A stretch of DNA of 64,000 bases from Candidatus Omnitrophota bacterium (GTDB taxonomy: Bacteria > Omnitrophota > Gorgyraeia > Zapsychrales > Zapsychraceae), in contig JAJDCA010000044.1 in NCBI GenBank assembly GCA_029261055.1, forward strand, positions 141,867 to 205,866. Direction: 5' to 3'. Position 1 is the first letter of the stretch. Each line of letters starts with the position of its first letter. The notes beneath the pieces were generated by a model. The model did not search any database. It was not told where the DNA came from and saw only the letters and a list, made by a program, of their open reading frames with translations. Positions 39,137 through 49,587 of the stretch are shown here, in pieces. The position numbers and the translations under genes were made by a program.

Positions 39137-39763
39137 ATGCACAAAGTAATAAGAAAAAAAATAAGCCTTTTCATCATTTTTATTGTATTTGGCAGTGTCT
39201 GTATTATTGGATTTAACGCAAAAAAAAGACACTTCCAAACAAAAGATAAACACACACATCGGTCAACAGTAGCACACAAGCTGGCCTTAAAAGACTTCGC
39301 CTTTACAAAATATGCATATACCGACACAAAGGTATCCAACAAAGATTATATATTAGAAGGAAAAACCATTGGAATTAAAAGCAAAAGCATAGGCGTCTTT
39401 AAAATAGCGGCCGCTAAAGTCATCAACATCAAAAATGTTCGTATGACTATTTTTGATAAAAATGGAGCTAACCCTATCACAACTATCACGGCAGATAAAG
39501 CCATTAAAGACTTGGCTGCTACAGGCCAAAATAATCCTCCCAGCATTTCAAATGAATTGATACAACACATTGATTTTCTTGGAAAAGTAAAATTGACCAC
39601 ACAAGATCAACGATCCCTCCAATGCGACACCATGCGTTTTGATAACGAAAAAAGAGAGTTGGAAGCCAGGGGAGATTGCCTGTTGAGCTATGCCAATAAA
39701 ACCATAAGTACCGATTTTCTTAAAACAGATACCGGACTTAAAAAGTTTAATTTCTCCAAATAA
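39137..39763 (+). CDS. LptC-like beta-jellyroll membrane-anchored protein
   Basis: N-terminal TM; ITADKA, FLGKVKL, LQCDTMRFD pattern. Confidence 0.5.
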   Translation: MHKVIRKKISLFIIFIVFGSVCIIGFNAKKRHFQTKDKHTHRSTVAHKLALKDFAFTKYAYTDTKVSNKDYILEGKTIGIKSKSIGVFKIAAAKVINIKNVRMTIFDKNGANPITTITADKAIKDLAATGQNNPPSISNELIQHIDFLGKVKLTTQDQRSLQCDTMRFDNEKRELEARGDCLLSYANKTISTDFLKTDTGLKKFNFSK

Positions 39764-39781
39764 GCGGAATAAAAAATAACA

Positions 39782-40198
39782 ATGATATTTAAAAAATTAA
39801 AAATTAAATTATTGCCGTTTTTGATTTTATGTGTTTTAATTTCTAGTAGCTATGGTTGTTCTGTTTTTATGGCGACACAACAACCTCGAAAAAAAAATAT
39901 GGATGTTTTACTTGTAGGAACGGAAAGATCCTATGTTATTGCAGAATTAGGACAGCCTATTTGGTCAGGACAAAAAGAAGGCAAACAAACAGACACTTTC
40001 AAATTCAAACAAGGTTACTCAAAAAAAGCAAAGATCGGAAGGGCTGTTTTTCATGGAACCGCAGATATTTTCTCCCTCGGGGCCTGGGAAATTTTTGGGA
40101 CACCGACGGAATTGATTGTTGACGGAAAAACAATACAAGTTGACGTTAGTTATGACACCAAGGAACTTGTCAAATCCTCAAAAATAATCGAAGAATAA
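39782..40198 (+). CDS. Lipoprotein, hypothetical
   Basis: Lipobox SYGC; VIAELGQP motif and hydrophobic Gly-rich hairpin. Confidence 0.65.
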   Translation: MIFKKLKIKLLPFLILCVLISSSYGCSVFMATQQPRKKNMDVLLVGTERSYVIAELGQPIWSGQKEGKQTDTFKFKQGYSKKAKIGRAVFHGTADIFSLGAWEIFGTPTELIVDGKTIQVDVSYDTKELVKSSKIIEE

Positions 40199-40205
40199 AT
40201 TTACT

Positions 40206-40817
40206 ATGCTGAATAAAAGATTTCTAAAATTCGCTTTTTTAGGATACACCCTGTTACTTGTTTCAATATTATCAGGATGCGCTGCAACAACCATTCATCT
40301 CCCCGACGGTTTTACAACAGGAACAAAAAAAATTGGAAAAGACCGCAAAATTATTGTTAAACCTTTTATTGATAAACGCGTCGACCCTTATCACTGTGGT
40401 ATTAAAAAAACAACTCTCTTCACAAGCGGCACAAAGATCAAATGCGCACAAGAACCAACAGAATGGTTAACACAAGCCTTAACCCGTGAATTAAAGAATG
40501 CCGGATTTAATGTTTTACAGGAATCAGATGATCCTGATAATGTAATGATCATTGAAGGCAAACTGGTCCAATTATTTGTAAAACCCAAAATCGGTGTAAT
40601 GATTGATGCCCAAACATCGATCATAATTTCTCTAAATTTTAAAACTAAATCAGGGCCCCTGACTCAAAAAACTATTCAACTCAAATCTTCCCGCGATACC
40701 CTCTCCCTATGGATGGTGGATTATCAAGGTTCTATGGGAGATGGCATCAAAAATGCTTTAACACAAATGGTATTTGAGATCATTTCCATAATGAATGCTT
40801 ATCCTGAGTTAGATTAA
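40206..40817 (+). CDS. Lipoprotein (YajG-like)
   Basis: Lipobox LSGC; VKPFIDKR and ALTRELKNAGFNV. Confidence 0.6.
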   Translation: MLNKRFLKFAFLGYTLLLVSILSGCAATTIHLPDGFTTGTKKIGKDRKIIVKPFIDKRVDPYHCGIKKTTLFTSGTKIKCAQEPTEWLTQALTRELKNAGFNVLQESDDPDNVMIIEGKLVQLFVKPKIGVMIDAQTSIIISLNFKTKSGPLTQKTIQLKSSRDTLSLWMVDYQGSMGDGIKNALTQMVFEIISIMNAYPELD

Positions 40818-40876
40818 TTCCTGATTTTTATTATAAAATTGATATGCACTACTAAATCACCTAAAAAGGAGCACTA

Positions 40877-41497
40877 ATGCGTAAATTAGCTGTCATTACC
40901 ACATTACTCAGTTTGCCATTACTTTATGGTTTTGCAAGTATTGTCGGAGGAACATCACAATTATTAACCATTAATTCAGAGCCACATGGAGCACAAGTAA
41001 TTGTTGACGGAGTTGCTGTGGGCGTAACGCCGGTAAATATTAAAGTCAAACGTGAAAAAGAAAAATCTTTAATTGTACGCAAAAAAGGCTACCAAGATGA
41101 AGTTATTCCATTAACGACTACATTTAATAACCAATTTTGGGGAAATCTGCTTATAGGAGGAACACTGGGTTCCAGTACAGACGCTTCAACCGGAGCCACA
41201 ATCGAGTATGCTCCTGACAGCTTTTATGTTACGTTAACACCGGGTAGCATGTCAAAACTTGAAAAAGAAGATTATAATACAAAGCTGGAAACACGAAATT
41301 TTATTCTGGCAAATTATCATAATCTTTCATCAGATATTTCTAAAGGCACAGGGGAGTATCTATCAAATCTTTATGGGGCATTTGATTCCGAAAATCAAAA
41401 TTCCATAAAAACAGTAAAAAAATTAAGAGAAATGTTAGCTTATCATGAAAATATTCCCGCATTTGCCGAAGCGGTCGTTAATCATTTCCTAAGTTAA
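40877..41497 (+). CDS. PEGA domain protein with DUF3015-like C-terminus
   Basis: INSEPHGAQVIVDGVAVGVTP (PEGA); NLSSDISKGTGEYLSNL. Confidence 0.7.
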   Translation: MRKLAVITTLLSLPLLYGFASIVGGTSQLLTINSEPHGAQVIVDGVAVGVTPVNIKVKREKEKSLIVRKKGYQDEVIPLTTTFNNQFWGNLLIGGTLGSSTDASTGATIEYAPDSFYVTLTPGSMSKLEKEDYNTKLETRNFILANYHNLSSDISKGTGEYLSNLYGAFDSENQNSIKTVKKLREMLAYHENIPAFAEAVVNHFLS

Positions 41498-41541
41498 CAA
41501 AGGTATCATTTAAAATAATTCTAGAAATAATGTCCAGGTAA

Positions 41542-43485
41542 ATGGTGTTACTTACCTGGACATTATTATATAAATTCTTATTCCTATTGATCAAGTGCAC
41601 ACTTATTTCCAAAATTCTTCTTTTATCCTTACTTATTAGCACACAGCTTGCCGAAGCATCACCTTCCGTTTCAGAATTAATCCAGCAATCAAATAAGTTA
41701 AATCTTTTCGAAGAAAATTATTGGCATCTTCTTATGCATTATCAACCCAATAAAATCGGTACTGGGGTTACCAGTGCCGTAGATGACCAGGACTTCTTCT
41801 TAGCCCCAAATGGAAAGGAAAACCCTAAAAATGAGCTTAATGCGACCATTAAACATTTATTTGCAAAGGATTCTATTGATACCCCATCATCAGAAAATAA
41901 ATGTGCATTTATTGCACGGTACCATTGGCTGGAGTCTCGACTTTCAACCAACACAGAATTGTCCTGCCCTGAATATAATGATTGGCTGGCTAAAATAAAT
42001 CCGGAATCCGTATCATTTATATTTTCTTCCGCCTATATGAACAATCCAACATCCATGTTTGGACACACCTTTTTACGTTTCAATAAAAAGGGGAAAAAAA
42101 AATATCCGCTCTTAACAGCAGCAACCGTGGATTACGTCGCAGACGTAACCAATCAGCGTGGATTTCTTGCAATATTGATCGGCAGTATGGGAGGCTTTAA
42201 AGGCTATTATTCAATTGTGCCCTATCATGTGAAAGTAAAGACATACAATGACATTGATAATCGGGATATTTGGGAATATCAATTAAATTTGACAGAATCA
42301 CAAATTAATAACATGTTAATGCACGTGTGGGAACTGCAAGGCATAGGGTTTGATTATTTCTTTTTTACCGAAAACTGCTCGTATAATATTTTAAAATTAT
42401 TAGAAATAGCTTACCCTGATTTAAATTTGACTGACAATAGGGGAAAACCTTGGATAGCTCCTATTGATATGCTCCAGCTCCTTATGAAGAGTCCTGGATT
42501 AGTGGCGGCCGTTTCTAACCGGCCGTCTACGTATACACAAATTAAACGGAAACAAGCAACACTTACAAAAGGGGAAAAGCATTTTCTAAAAAAAATAATC
42601 CATATTCCCGAAACTATAAATTCCCATGAATTTGATGCTCTACCTGAAAATAAAAAAGCTTTAATCCTAGATATTGCCAGTGATTATATCAAGTACCAGG
42701 GTATGACAAATTGGTCCAGAGAATCTAATGATTTGAGTCTCTGGCATAAACTTCTGAATAAACGGGTACATTTAAACTATGAATCAGATGAAATTGAAAT
42801 CAAACCTTTAACAAAAAAACCGGATGAAGGGCACAAAACATCAAAATTTGGAATAGGCATGGGGTGGAGGGATGATGAATATTTTGAAGAGCTAACGTTT
42901 CGCGCAGGTTATCATGATTTACTTGATCCAACGTCCGGATATCCACTTGACTCTCAGGTTGAAATTCTTGCTTTTAGTCTTCGGCATTATCAAGAAAATA
43001 ATCGCGTCCGGCTTGAAAGGTTCACACTAATCGATTTCACTTCACTAACTCCATATGATCCATTATTTATAAAACCTTCCTGGAAATTAAAAGCCGCTAT
43101 GGAATCCATTGAATTCAATAAATGTGATCAATGCTATAATTTCACATTAAATGCCGGTATAGGAAGTGCCCTAGAATCACATTTACTAAGACGAGAAGTT
43201 TACTTTATATTTTCAGAAATGGATATAGATTTTTCCAACGCATTTGAAAGAAATCACCGATTAGGTGGCGGGATAACCACCGGAGTAGTCGCAGACATCA
43301 CAAGTCGATGGAAAATTCTGGCATCCGGAACATATTTAGGCTATATTGCAGGTGACGTATCCGAAGATATCAAAATGTCATTACAACAACAGTTTACGTT
43401 AAATAAAAATACGGCCCTTAGACTTAATTTTAATTATCATAACAATGATCCGGAATTATTATTAAATCTTAATGTATATTTTTAA
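41542..43485 (+). CDS. DUF4105 (Lnb-like His/Cys) domain protein with C-terminal beta-barrel
   Basis: YMNNPTSMFGHTFLR, RDIWEYQLNL, YFFFTENCS; ends in LNVYF. Confidence 0.8.
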   Translation: MVLLTWTLLYKFLFLLIKCTLISKILLLSLLISTQLAEASPSVSELIQQSNKLNLFEENYWHLLMHYQPNKIGTGVTSAVDDQDFFLAPNGKENPKNELNATIKHLFAKDSIDTPSSENKCAFIARYHWLESRLSTNTELSCPEYNDWLAKINPESVSFIFSSAYMNNPTSMFGHTFLRFNKKGKKKYPLLTAATVDYVADVTNQRGFLAILIGSMGGFKGYYSIVPYHVKVKTYNDIDNRDIWEYQLNLTESQINNMLMHVWELQGIGFDYFFFTENCSYNILKLLEIAYPDLNLTDNRGKPWIAPIDMLQLLMKSPGLVAAVSNRPSTYTQIKRKQATLTKGEKHFLKKIIHIPETINSHEFDALPENKKALILDIASDYIKYQGMTNWSRESNDLSLWHKLLNKRVHLNYESDEIEIKPLTKKPDEGHKTSKFGIGMGWRDDEYFEELTFRAGYHDLLDPTSGYPLDSQVEILAFSLRHYQENNRVRLERFTLIDFTSLTPYDPLFIKPSWKLKAAMESIEFNKCDQCYNFTLNAGIGSALESHLLRREVYFIFSEMDIDFSNAFERNHRLGGGITTGVVADITSRWKILASGTYLGYIAGDVSEDIKMSLQQQFTLNKNTALRLNFNYHNNDPELLLNLNVYF

Positions 43486-43522
43486 TTATATAAATATTTG
43501 TCTTTTAATAAAATATTAACCA

Positions 43523-43551
43523 TTGACGGTAAATATTCCATGTGGTATCAT
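43523..43551 (+). promoter_or_regulatory. Sigma70 promoter upstream of rpsU
   Basis: TTGACG-17 bp-TATCAT with an extended -10 TG. Confidence 0.6.
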
Positions 43552-43619
43552 TCGTGATTCATTTAACGAATTTAAAGTAAAAAATAATTTAAAAAATACG
43601 AAAAGGTGGTGTTTAGTTC

Positions 43620-43778
43620 ATGATCGAAGTAAAGGTCAACGATTCACATAGTTTTGAAAAAGCTATGCGTATATTTAAAAAAGCATGTCAAAAAGATGGT
43701 TTTATGATGGAGCTCAAAGAGCGACGATTTTTTGTCAAACCCTCCGAGAAAAAACGTCATAAATATAAAAAACGATAA
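43620..43778 (+). CDS. rpsU: 30S ribosomal protein bS21 (52 aa, absent from the ORF track)
   Basis: MIEVKVNDSHSFEKAMRIFKKACQKDGFMMELKERRFFVKPSEKKRHKYKKR; AAGGTGG RBS. Confidence 0.92.
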   Translation: MIEVKVNDSHSFEKAMRIFKKACQKDGFMMELKERRFFVKPSEKKRHKYKKR

Positions 43779-43789
43779 AATTTAGTTCG

Positions 43790-43817
43790 ACACCTCTGGA
43801 CCAGATGGTTCAGGGGT
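43790..43817 (+). terminator. Stem-loop between rpsU and purH
   Basis: CACCTCTGGACC-AGAT-GGTTCAGGGGTG, a 12-bp stem with G-U pairs and only a weak U tail. Confidence 0.45.
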
Positions 43818-43836
43818 GCTCACCATTTTCTTTCCA

Positions 43837-45393
43837 ATGCTAAAAGTTAAACGTGCCCTCATTAGCGTCTCAGACAAAAAAGGATTATTAGCCCTTGCCA
43901 AAGGTCTTCATGCCCTTGGTGTTGAAATTCTTTCTACAGGCGGAACAGCCCGACATTTGCGTGACGGTAATATTCCCGTTATTGAAGTATCTGATTACAC
44001 TCAATTTCCTGAAATGTTAGATGGCCGGGTTAAAACACTCCATCCTAAAATCCATGGCGGTCTTCTAGCCAGACGAGATAAAAAAGAACATATGGATCAA
44101 ATCAATAAACATAAAATTGGTTTGATTGATATGGTAGTGATCAATCTCTATCCTTTTGAGCAAGTGATCCAAAAAAAACATGTATCCTTAGATGAAGCCA
44201 TCGAGAATATCGATATCGGAGGACCATCCATGCTGCGTTCAGCTGCCAAAAATTTTAAAAGTGTAGCCGTCGTCTGTAACCCAAGCCGATATAAAGATAT
44301 TATGCAAGAACTTGATACAAATAACGGTTTATTGTCAGATACAGTATTATTTCAATTATCAGTTGAAGCCTTTGGACACACAGCTAGATATGATGGTATT
44401 ATTTCTGACTTTCTTACTAAACATTTAACGACAAAAACATTGACCACATTACCGAAAGAAGTTGAACTCAAATTTTCAAAAATTCAAGACCTGCGCTACG
44501 GTGAAAACCCTCATCAGAAAGCTGCATTTTACAAAGATCCCGGTGAGCCCAAAGGGCTGGCAAATATCCAACAACTTCACGGCAAAGAACTTTCCTTTAA
44601 TAATATTCTAGATCTTAATGCCGCTATTGACTTTGTTAAAGGGTGGAAAAACCCCGCAGCGGTTGTAATTAAACATAATAATCCGACAGGTGTCGCCGTA
44701 GATGCCCAATTAGCCAAAGCCTATAAACAAGCTTTAGATTGCGATCCAATATCTGCCTTTGGAGGTATTATCGGTTTAAACAAAAAAGTAGACGAAAAAA
44801 CAGCTAAAGCTATTATCAAAAGTGGGTTTATGGAATGTATTATTGCGCCCGGATTTCAATCGTCAGCTTTCAAAATTTTATCTCAAAAAAAGAATATTCG
44901 TCTTATTCAATTTGATTTTGATCAAATTGAGGCAGGACATTATGATTTTAAAAAAGTTTGCGGTGGTTTACTTCTTCAGGATAAAGATGAAAGAATGCCG
45001 GATGAAACGCTCTGGAAAATTGTCACAAAGAAAAAACCTACCAAAGCACAAATGCAATCTATGCTTTTTGGCTGGACAGTTATTAAAAACATTAAATCCA
45101 ATGCGATTATTTTGGTCAAAGGCCAAAAAACCGTGGGCATCGGAGCTGGCCAGACAAGCCGCATTGAGAGTGTCGAAATTGCTATTAAAAAAGCAGGGAA
45201 AAATGTTCAAAATAGCATTCTTATTTCCGATGCATTCCTACCTAAAATCGATAATGTCCAAATGGCGGCCAAGGCTGGCATTAAAGCGATTATTCAAACC
45301 GGTGGATCAATCGCTGACGAAGATGTCATTAAACAAGCTAACAAATCCGGTATCGCCATGGTGATGACCGGTGTACGCCACTTCAAGCATTAA
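43837..45393 (+). CDS. purH: Bifunctional AICAR transformylase/IMP cyclohydrolase
   Basis: RALISVSDK, GRVKTLHP, IDIGGPSM, LRYGENPHQ, TGVRHFKH. Confidence 0.97.
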   Translation: MLKVKRALISVSDKKGLLALAKGLHALGVEILSTGGTARHLRDGNIPVIEVSDYTQFPEMLDGRVKTLHPKIHGGLLARRDKKEHMDQINKHKIGLIDMVVINLYPFEQVIQKKHVSLDEAIENIDIGGPSMLRSAAKNFKSVAVVCNPSRYKDIMQELDTNNGLLSDTVLFQLSVEAFGHTARYDGIISDFLTKHLTTKTLTTLPKEVELKFSKIQDLRYGENPHQKAAFYKDPGEPKGLANIQQLHGKELSFNNILDLNAAIDFVKGWKNPAAVVIKHNNPTGVAVDAQLAKAYKQALDCDPISAFGGIIGLNKKVDEKTAKAIIKSGFMECIIAPGFQSSAFKILSQKKNIRLIQFDFDQIEAGHYDFKKVCGGLLLQDKDERMPDETLWKIVTKKKPTKAQMQSMLFGWTVIKNIKSNAIILVKGQKTVGIGAGQTSRIESVEIAIKKAGKNVQNSILISDAFLPKIDNVQMAAKAGIKAIIQTGGSIADEDVIKQANKSGIAMVMTGVRHFKH

Positions 45394-45398
45394 TCATC

Positions 45399-46724
45399 AT
45401 GGATGCTCAAGAAGCTCGCCAATATCTCGAATCCTTCATTAATTACGAAATTGCCCGCGACAAACTCCCGCAAACTGGATTTAAACTTAATAGAATACAA
45501 AATCTACTATCGCGCCTTAATAATCCCCAACAATCTTTAAAAGTTATTCACGTTGCCGGTTCCAAAGGAAAAGGATCTACTTGTATTTTTACCGCTCATA
45601 TTCTCAAAGAGGCAGGATATAAAGTCGGTTTATATACATCACCTCACTTGTGCCACTACACAGAACGCATACGTATTTTACAAAGAAATAATCTAACATC
45701 GTCCACCGGTATTTTTTCTGATGCCATTTCTGAAAAAATGCTAAGTCAGACTTTAACTGAAATCAAACCGGCTGTTGAAACAATTCATCGGCAGAAAGAA
45801 TTGGGTGCCTTAAGCTATTTTGAAATATTAACTGTCTTGGCTTTGTATTATTTCAAAAAAGAAAATGTAGACTTTGTTATATTAGAAACAGGTCTGGGTG
45901 GACGATGGGATGCCACCAATGTGGTCAATTCTTTAGTTTGTGCCATAACACCGATCAGCCTTGAACATACCGAAATTTTGGGAAATACTCTCGATAAGAT
46001 TGCAAGTGAAAAAGTAGCCATCATTAAAGAAAATACTCAAAAAGTGGTGGTGGCCTATCAAGAAGATGCTGCCCATAATGTTATCAACGACTATTGTAAA
46101 AAATTAAAGATCATCCCAAGGTTTGTTCAAAATAAAATAACCCCCAAATCATCTAAAATCACATCATCTCTATTAGGACGACACCAACAGATGAATGCAG
46201 CCACTGCCATTGAAATCATTGAGAGTTTAAAGGAATTAGGGTATGATGTCCCATCTGAATCAATTGCAACGGGGCTAAAAACAACCTTTTGGCCCGGACG
46301 ATTTGAAATAAGAAAAGGCCAGCCTAAAATTATTTTAGATTGCGCGCATAATGAAGCCGCTGCCAAAGTATTGGTTGAAACATTTAAGGACAATTTTCCG
46401 AATCAAAAAGTCACACTTGTCCTGGGACTTTCTGAAGATAAAAATCGACAAACAATTTGCCAAAGATTAAACACCATTACAGAAAGAATTATTGTTACGA
46501 AAGCAAATCACCCAAGAGCCGCTGAAATATCAGAAACAGAATTAAAAAATTTATTCCCTGAAAGACAGTGTTATCTGTCCAAGAATATTCCTAAAGCTCT
46601 AGAATTAGCATTAACACACACTCCGAAAACAGGAATTATTCTAGTCACAGGATCAGTATTTATTGTAGGTGAATCGAGGAACTCTTTAAGAAATTGTCCA
46701 AAAAAAACTTGGACAATTGTTTAA
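45399..46724 (+). CDS. folC: Folylpolyglutamate synthase/dihydrofolate synthase
   Basis: HVAGSKGKGST, YTSPHL, ETGLGGRWDATN, WPGRFE, LDCAHN. Confidence 0.95.
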   Translation: MDAQEARQYLESFINYEIARDKLPQTGFKLNRIQNLLSRLNNPQQSLKVIHVAGSKGKGSTCIFTAHILKEAGYKVGLYTSPHLCHYTERIRILQRNNLTSSTGIFSDAISEKMLSQTLTEIKPAVETIHRQKELGALSYFEILTVLALYYFKKENVDFVILETGLGGRWDATNVVNSLVCAITPISLEHTEILGNTLDKIASEKVAIIKENTQKVVVAYQEDAAHNVINDYCKKLKIIPRFVQNKITPKSSKITSSLLGRHQQMNAATAIEIIESLKELGYDVPSESIATGLKTTFWPGRFEIRKGQPKIILDCAHNEAAAKVLVETFKDNFPNQKVTLVLGLSEDKNRQTICQRLNTITERIIVTKANHPRAAEISETELKNLFPERQCYLSKNIPKALELALTHTPKTGIILVTGSVFIVGESRNSLRNCPKKTWTIV

Positions 46725-46756
46725 TTTTGATCAGCATATTTTTGGACAACTCCTAA

Positions 46757-48139
46757 ATGTATCAATTTCAAAATCCTAACGATACCATAGCCGCTATTTC
46801 CACACCGGCAGGACAAGGTGGCATTGGCATAGTACGTATAAGCGGTCCAGAAGCCCTCAAAATTGCCGATAAAATTTTTTGTGCCAAAAATAAACACAAA
46901 CCCTCTCAGGCCAAAACGTTTACAGTACATTATGGCAACATTGTCGACGAGGATGAGCCTATTGATGAAGTCTTGCTCACTGTGATGCTGGCCCCTAAAA
47001 GTTATACGACCGAAGATGTGGTAGAAATTAGCTGTCACGGAGGGATGATTTCTTTAAAAGCCATTTTGACTTTAATTTGTAAATCCGGTGCACGATTGGC
47101 AGAACCCGGAGAATTTACCAAAAGAGCTTTTTTAAACGGACGTATTGATCTCCCACAGGCAGAAGCGGTTCTAGATATTATCCAATCTAAAACCGAAGCT
47201 TTTTTAAAGGTCAGTACACATCAGCTCAAAGGAGATTTATCCGTCGAACTAGAAAATATTCGCGAACAGCTTATGCAAAGTTATACCGAAATTGAAGCCT
47301 TTGTAAATTTTCCGGAGGATGAAATTGATACCAAAGGTCGCACACGAATCTCAGAGGATATCCAATCAGCCAAACAAAAAGTAGCAAACTTATTAGCTTC
47401 CAGTGATCATGGCCGCGTTCTCAAAGAAGGAATAAAAATTGTCATTTGTGGTAAACCGAATGTCGGCAAGTCCTCATTATTAAACGTTCTTTTAAAAACA
47501 CCGCGAGCGATTGTCTCCAATATTGCCGGCACCACACGCGATACCATTGAAGAAACGGCTCAAATTAAGGGCATCCCGTTTCAATGCATTGATACCGCAG
47601 GCATATTAACCCCACGCGACGAAATTGAACAGGAAGCCATTAAACGCAGTCACATGTATATTGATGGCGCTGACCTCATTCTTTTAATGCTTGATTCCAG
47701 TCAGGCCTTGGAAGAAGAAGATCAAAAACTTATTGAGAAAATAAAAGAAAAAAATACATTAATTATTTTAAATAAAACAGACTTAGTAGGGAAGGTTCAC
47801 GAACCGTCCTTACTACCGAATAAAAAACAAATAAAAATATCTGCTCTAAAAAAAATGGGTATAGCATCATTAGAAACGGCCATTGTCGAAAACATCTGGC
47901 ATGAAAAAAATATCGATACGCACGGTGTTATGGTGAGTAATCTTCGGCATATTCAAGCCTTACGGGATGCGCAAAATACATTACAAAAAGCCTGTAATAG
48001 CCTGAATGAGGGACTTTCTTTAGAATTTGTTTCCGAAGAAATCAAAATCGCAACCAATCATCTCGATGCCATCACCGGTCGTAATATTGATGCTGACTTA
48101 TTGGACACCATTTTTTCAAAATTTTGTATTGGAAAATAA
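46757..48139 (+). CDS. mnmE: tRNA modification GTPase MnmE
   Basis: DTIAAISTP, GEFTKRAFLNG, GKPNVGKSS, C-terminal FCIGK. Confidence 0.97.
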   Translation: MYQFQNPNDTIAAISTPAGQGGIGIVRISGPEALKIADKIFCAKNKHKPSQAKTFTVHYGNIVDEDEPIDEVLLTVMLAPKSYTTEDVVEISCHGGMISLKAILTLICKSGARLAEPGEFTKRAFLNGRIDLPQAEAVLDIIQSKTEAFLKVSTHQLKGDLSVELENIREQLMQSYTEIEAFVNFPEDEIDTKGRTRISEDIQSAKQKVANLLASSDHGRVLKEGIKIVICGKPNVGKSSLLNVLLKTPRAIVSNIAGTTRDTIEETAQIKGIPFQCIDTAGILTPRDEIEQEAIKRSHMYIDGADLILLMLDSSQALEEEDQKLIEKIKEKNTLIILNKTDLVGKVHEPSLLPNKKQIKISALKKMGIASLETAIVENIWHEKNIDTHGVMVSNLRHIQALRDAQNTLQKACNSLNEGLSLEFVSEEIKIATNHLDAITGRNIDADLLDTIFSKFCIGK

Positions 48140-48141
48140 TA

Positions 48142-49146
48142 ATGACTTCAAAAAAAACAATCAAAGCCGTTGGACTTCTTTCCGGAGGATTAGACAGCAC
48201 TTTGGCTGCCAAGGTGGTAAAAGATCTTGGAGTTGATGTCCATGGTGTTTATTTTTCCATGCCGTGGGGCTGTTGTGACAAGGCCAAGGCCTTTGAAGCG
48301 GCACAAAAAATTGGGATTAAATTTATTACGCTTCAATTGGATGAACGTTATCTTGAAATTGTGAGAAAACCAAAACATGGGTACGGCTCAGCGATGAACC
48401 CTTGCGTAGACTGTCGCATTCACATGTTTTCAAGAGCCGCTCAATATATGCGGCATATCGGAGCCGATTTTATTTTTACCGGTGAAGTCTTGGGGCAGCG
48501 TCAAATGTCACAATTAAGACACAGCATGAAATGGGTAGAAGAAGGAAGTGGGCTCACCGGAAAATTACTCCGCCCTTTATGTGCCCAGCTGCTCGAACAA
48601 ACGGAAGTCGAAAAGAATGGATTGATCGACCGCAAAAAGCTTTTGAATCTTTCCGGACGCTCACGTAGAGAACAAATCCGTCTAACGGAAGAATTAAATA
48701 TTACAGAATACAATCAACCCGCTGGCGGATGCCTTTTAACAGATAAAAACTTTGCCAGACGCATGACCGACACCTTACAATATGGCTACCGTAATTTTAG
48801 AGAGACCATTGCCTTGAAATGGGGAAGACACTTTCGTATCAATAAAGACTTCAAAGCCATTCTAGGACGTAATGATGACGAAAATACATCCCTCTTGAGG
48901 TATGCCCATAAAGACGATACCATAATGCAATTTTCATATAATGCCGGTGGCACACTCATCCTAAAAGGGCCTCAACCAAATTCTGAAATTTTATCCATCG
49001 CTGCCGGACTCATTCAACGATTTTCTAAATTCAAAAATGAAGCTCCTCAAGAAATAAACTATTGGCCTGTCGCCGATAAAAATAACATTCAAACCATCAA
49101 AGCCACATTGATAAATGATGCACAATTTGATAAAATAAAAATTTAA
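48142..49146 (+). CDS. ThiI/MnmA-like PP-loop tRNA sulfurtransferase
   Basis: LLSGGLDS, MNPCVDCR, TGEVLGQR, PAGGCLLTD, GRHFR. Confidence 0.82.
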   Translation: MTSKKTIKAVGLLSGGLDSTLAAKVVKDLGVDVHGVYFSMPWGCCDKAKAFEAAQKIGIKFITLQLDERYLEIVRKPKHGYGSAMNPCVDCRIHMFSRAAQYMRHIGADFIFTGEVLGQRQMSQLRHSMKWVEEGSGLTGKLLRPLCAQLLEQTEVEKNGLIDRKKLLNLSGRSRREQIRLTEELNITEYNQPAGGCLLTDKNFARRMTDTLQYGYRNFRETIALKWGRHFRINKDFKAILGRNDDENTSLLRYAHKDDTIMQFSYNAGGTLILKGPQPNSEILSIAAGLIQRFSKFKNEAPQEINYWPVADKNNIQTIKATLINDAQFDKIKI

Positions 49147-49167
49147 AAGTAAAAAAAGGACCGCCTC

Positions 49168-49584
49168 ATGGAAAATAAAGATATTCGATGGATTCAAAGA
49201 TTTAATAATTTTACCAAAGCGCTTAATCAATTGAAAAAGTTTATCGAAAAAGGGGACCTCAATGAACTTGAAATACAAGGACTGATTCAGTCTTTTGAAT
49301 GCACACATGAACTTGCTTGGAATACATTGAAAGACTTTCTGGAAAGCCGAGGTAATAAAGAAATTTATGGGTCAAAAGACGCAACAAAAGAAGCATTTCA
49401 ACTTAACCTCATTAAAGAAGGTGAAATCTGGATGGACATGATTAAAAGTAGAAATCAAACATCTCATACTTACAATGAAGAAACAACCCAAAAGATTTCA
49501 ACAGCAATTCGTCAGGATTATTATCAAGAATTTATTAAACTACACAAAGAATTAGAAATATTAACAAAAAAGGAACAAAGCTAA
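49168..49584 (+). CDS. HEPN-family (HI0074-like) toxin / nucleotidyltransferase substrate-binding protein
   Basis: RWIQRF, GLIQSFE..HELAWNTLKD and RX4HXY motif RNQTSHTY. Confidence 0.88.
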   Translation: MENKDIRWIQRFNNFTKALNQLKKFIEKGDLNELEIQGLIQSFECTHELAWNTLKDFLESRGNKEIYGSKDATKEAFQLNLIKEGEIWMDMIKSRNQTSHTYNEETTQKISTAIRQDYYQEFIKLHKELEILTKKEQS

Positions 49585-49587
49585 ATT

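Noticed and set aside
44822-45364. Long alternative-frame and antisense ORFs inside purH, ftsH, tex, the GH gene and others
   Set aside because: Shadow ORFs of well-supported genes, without recognisable motifs.
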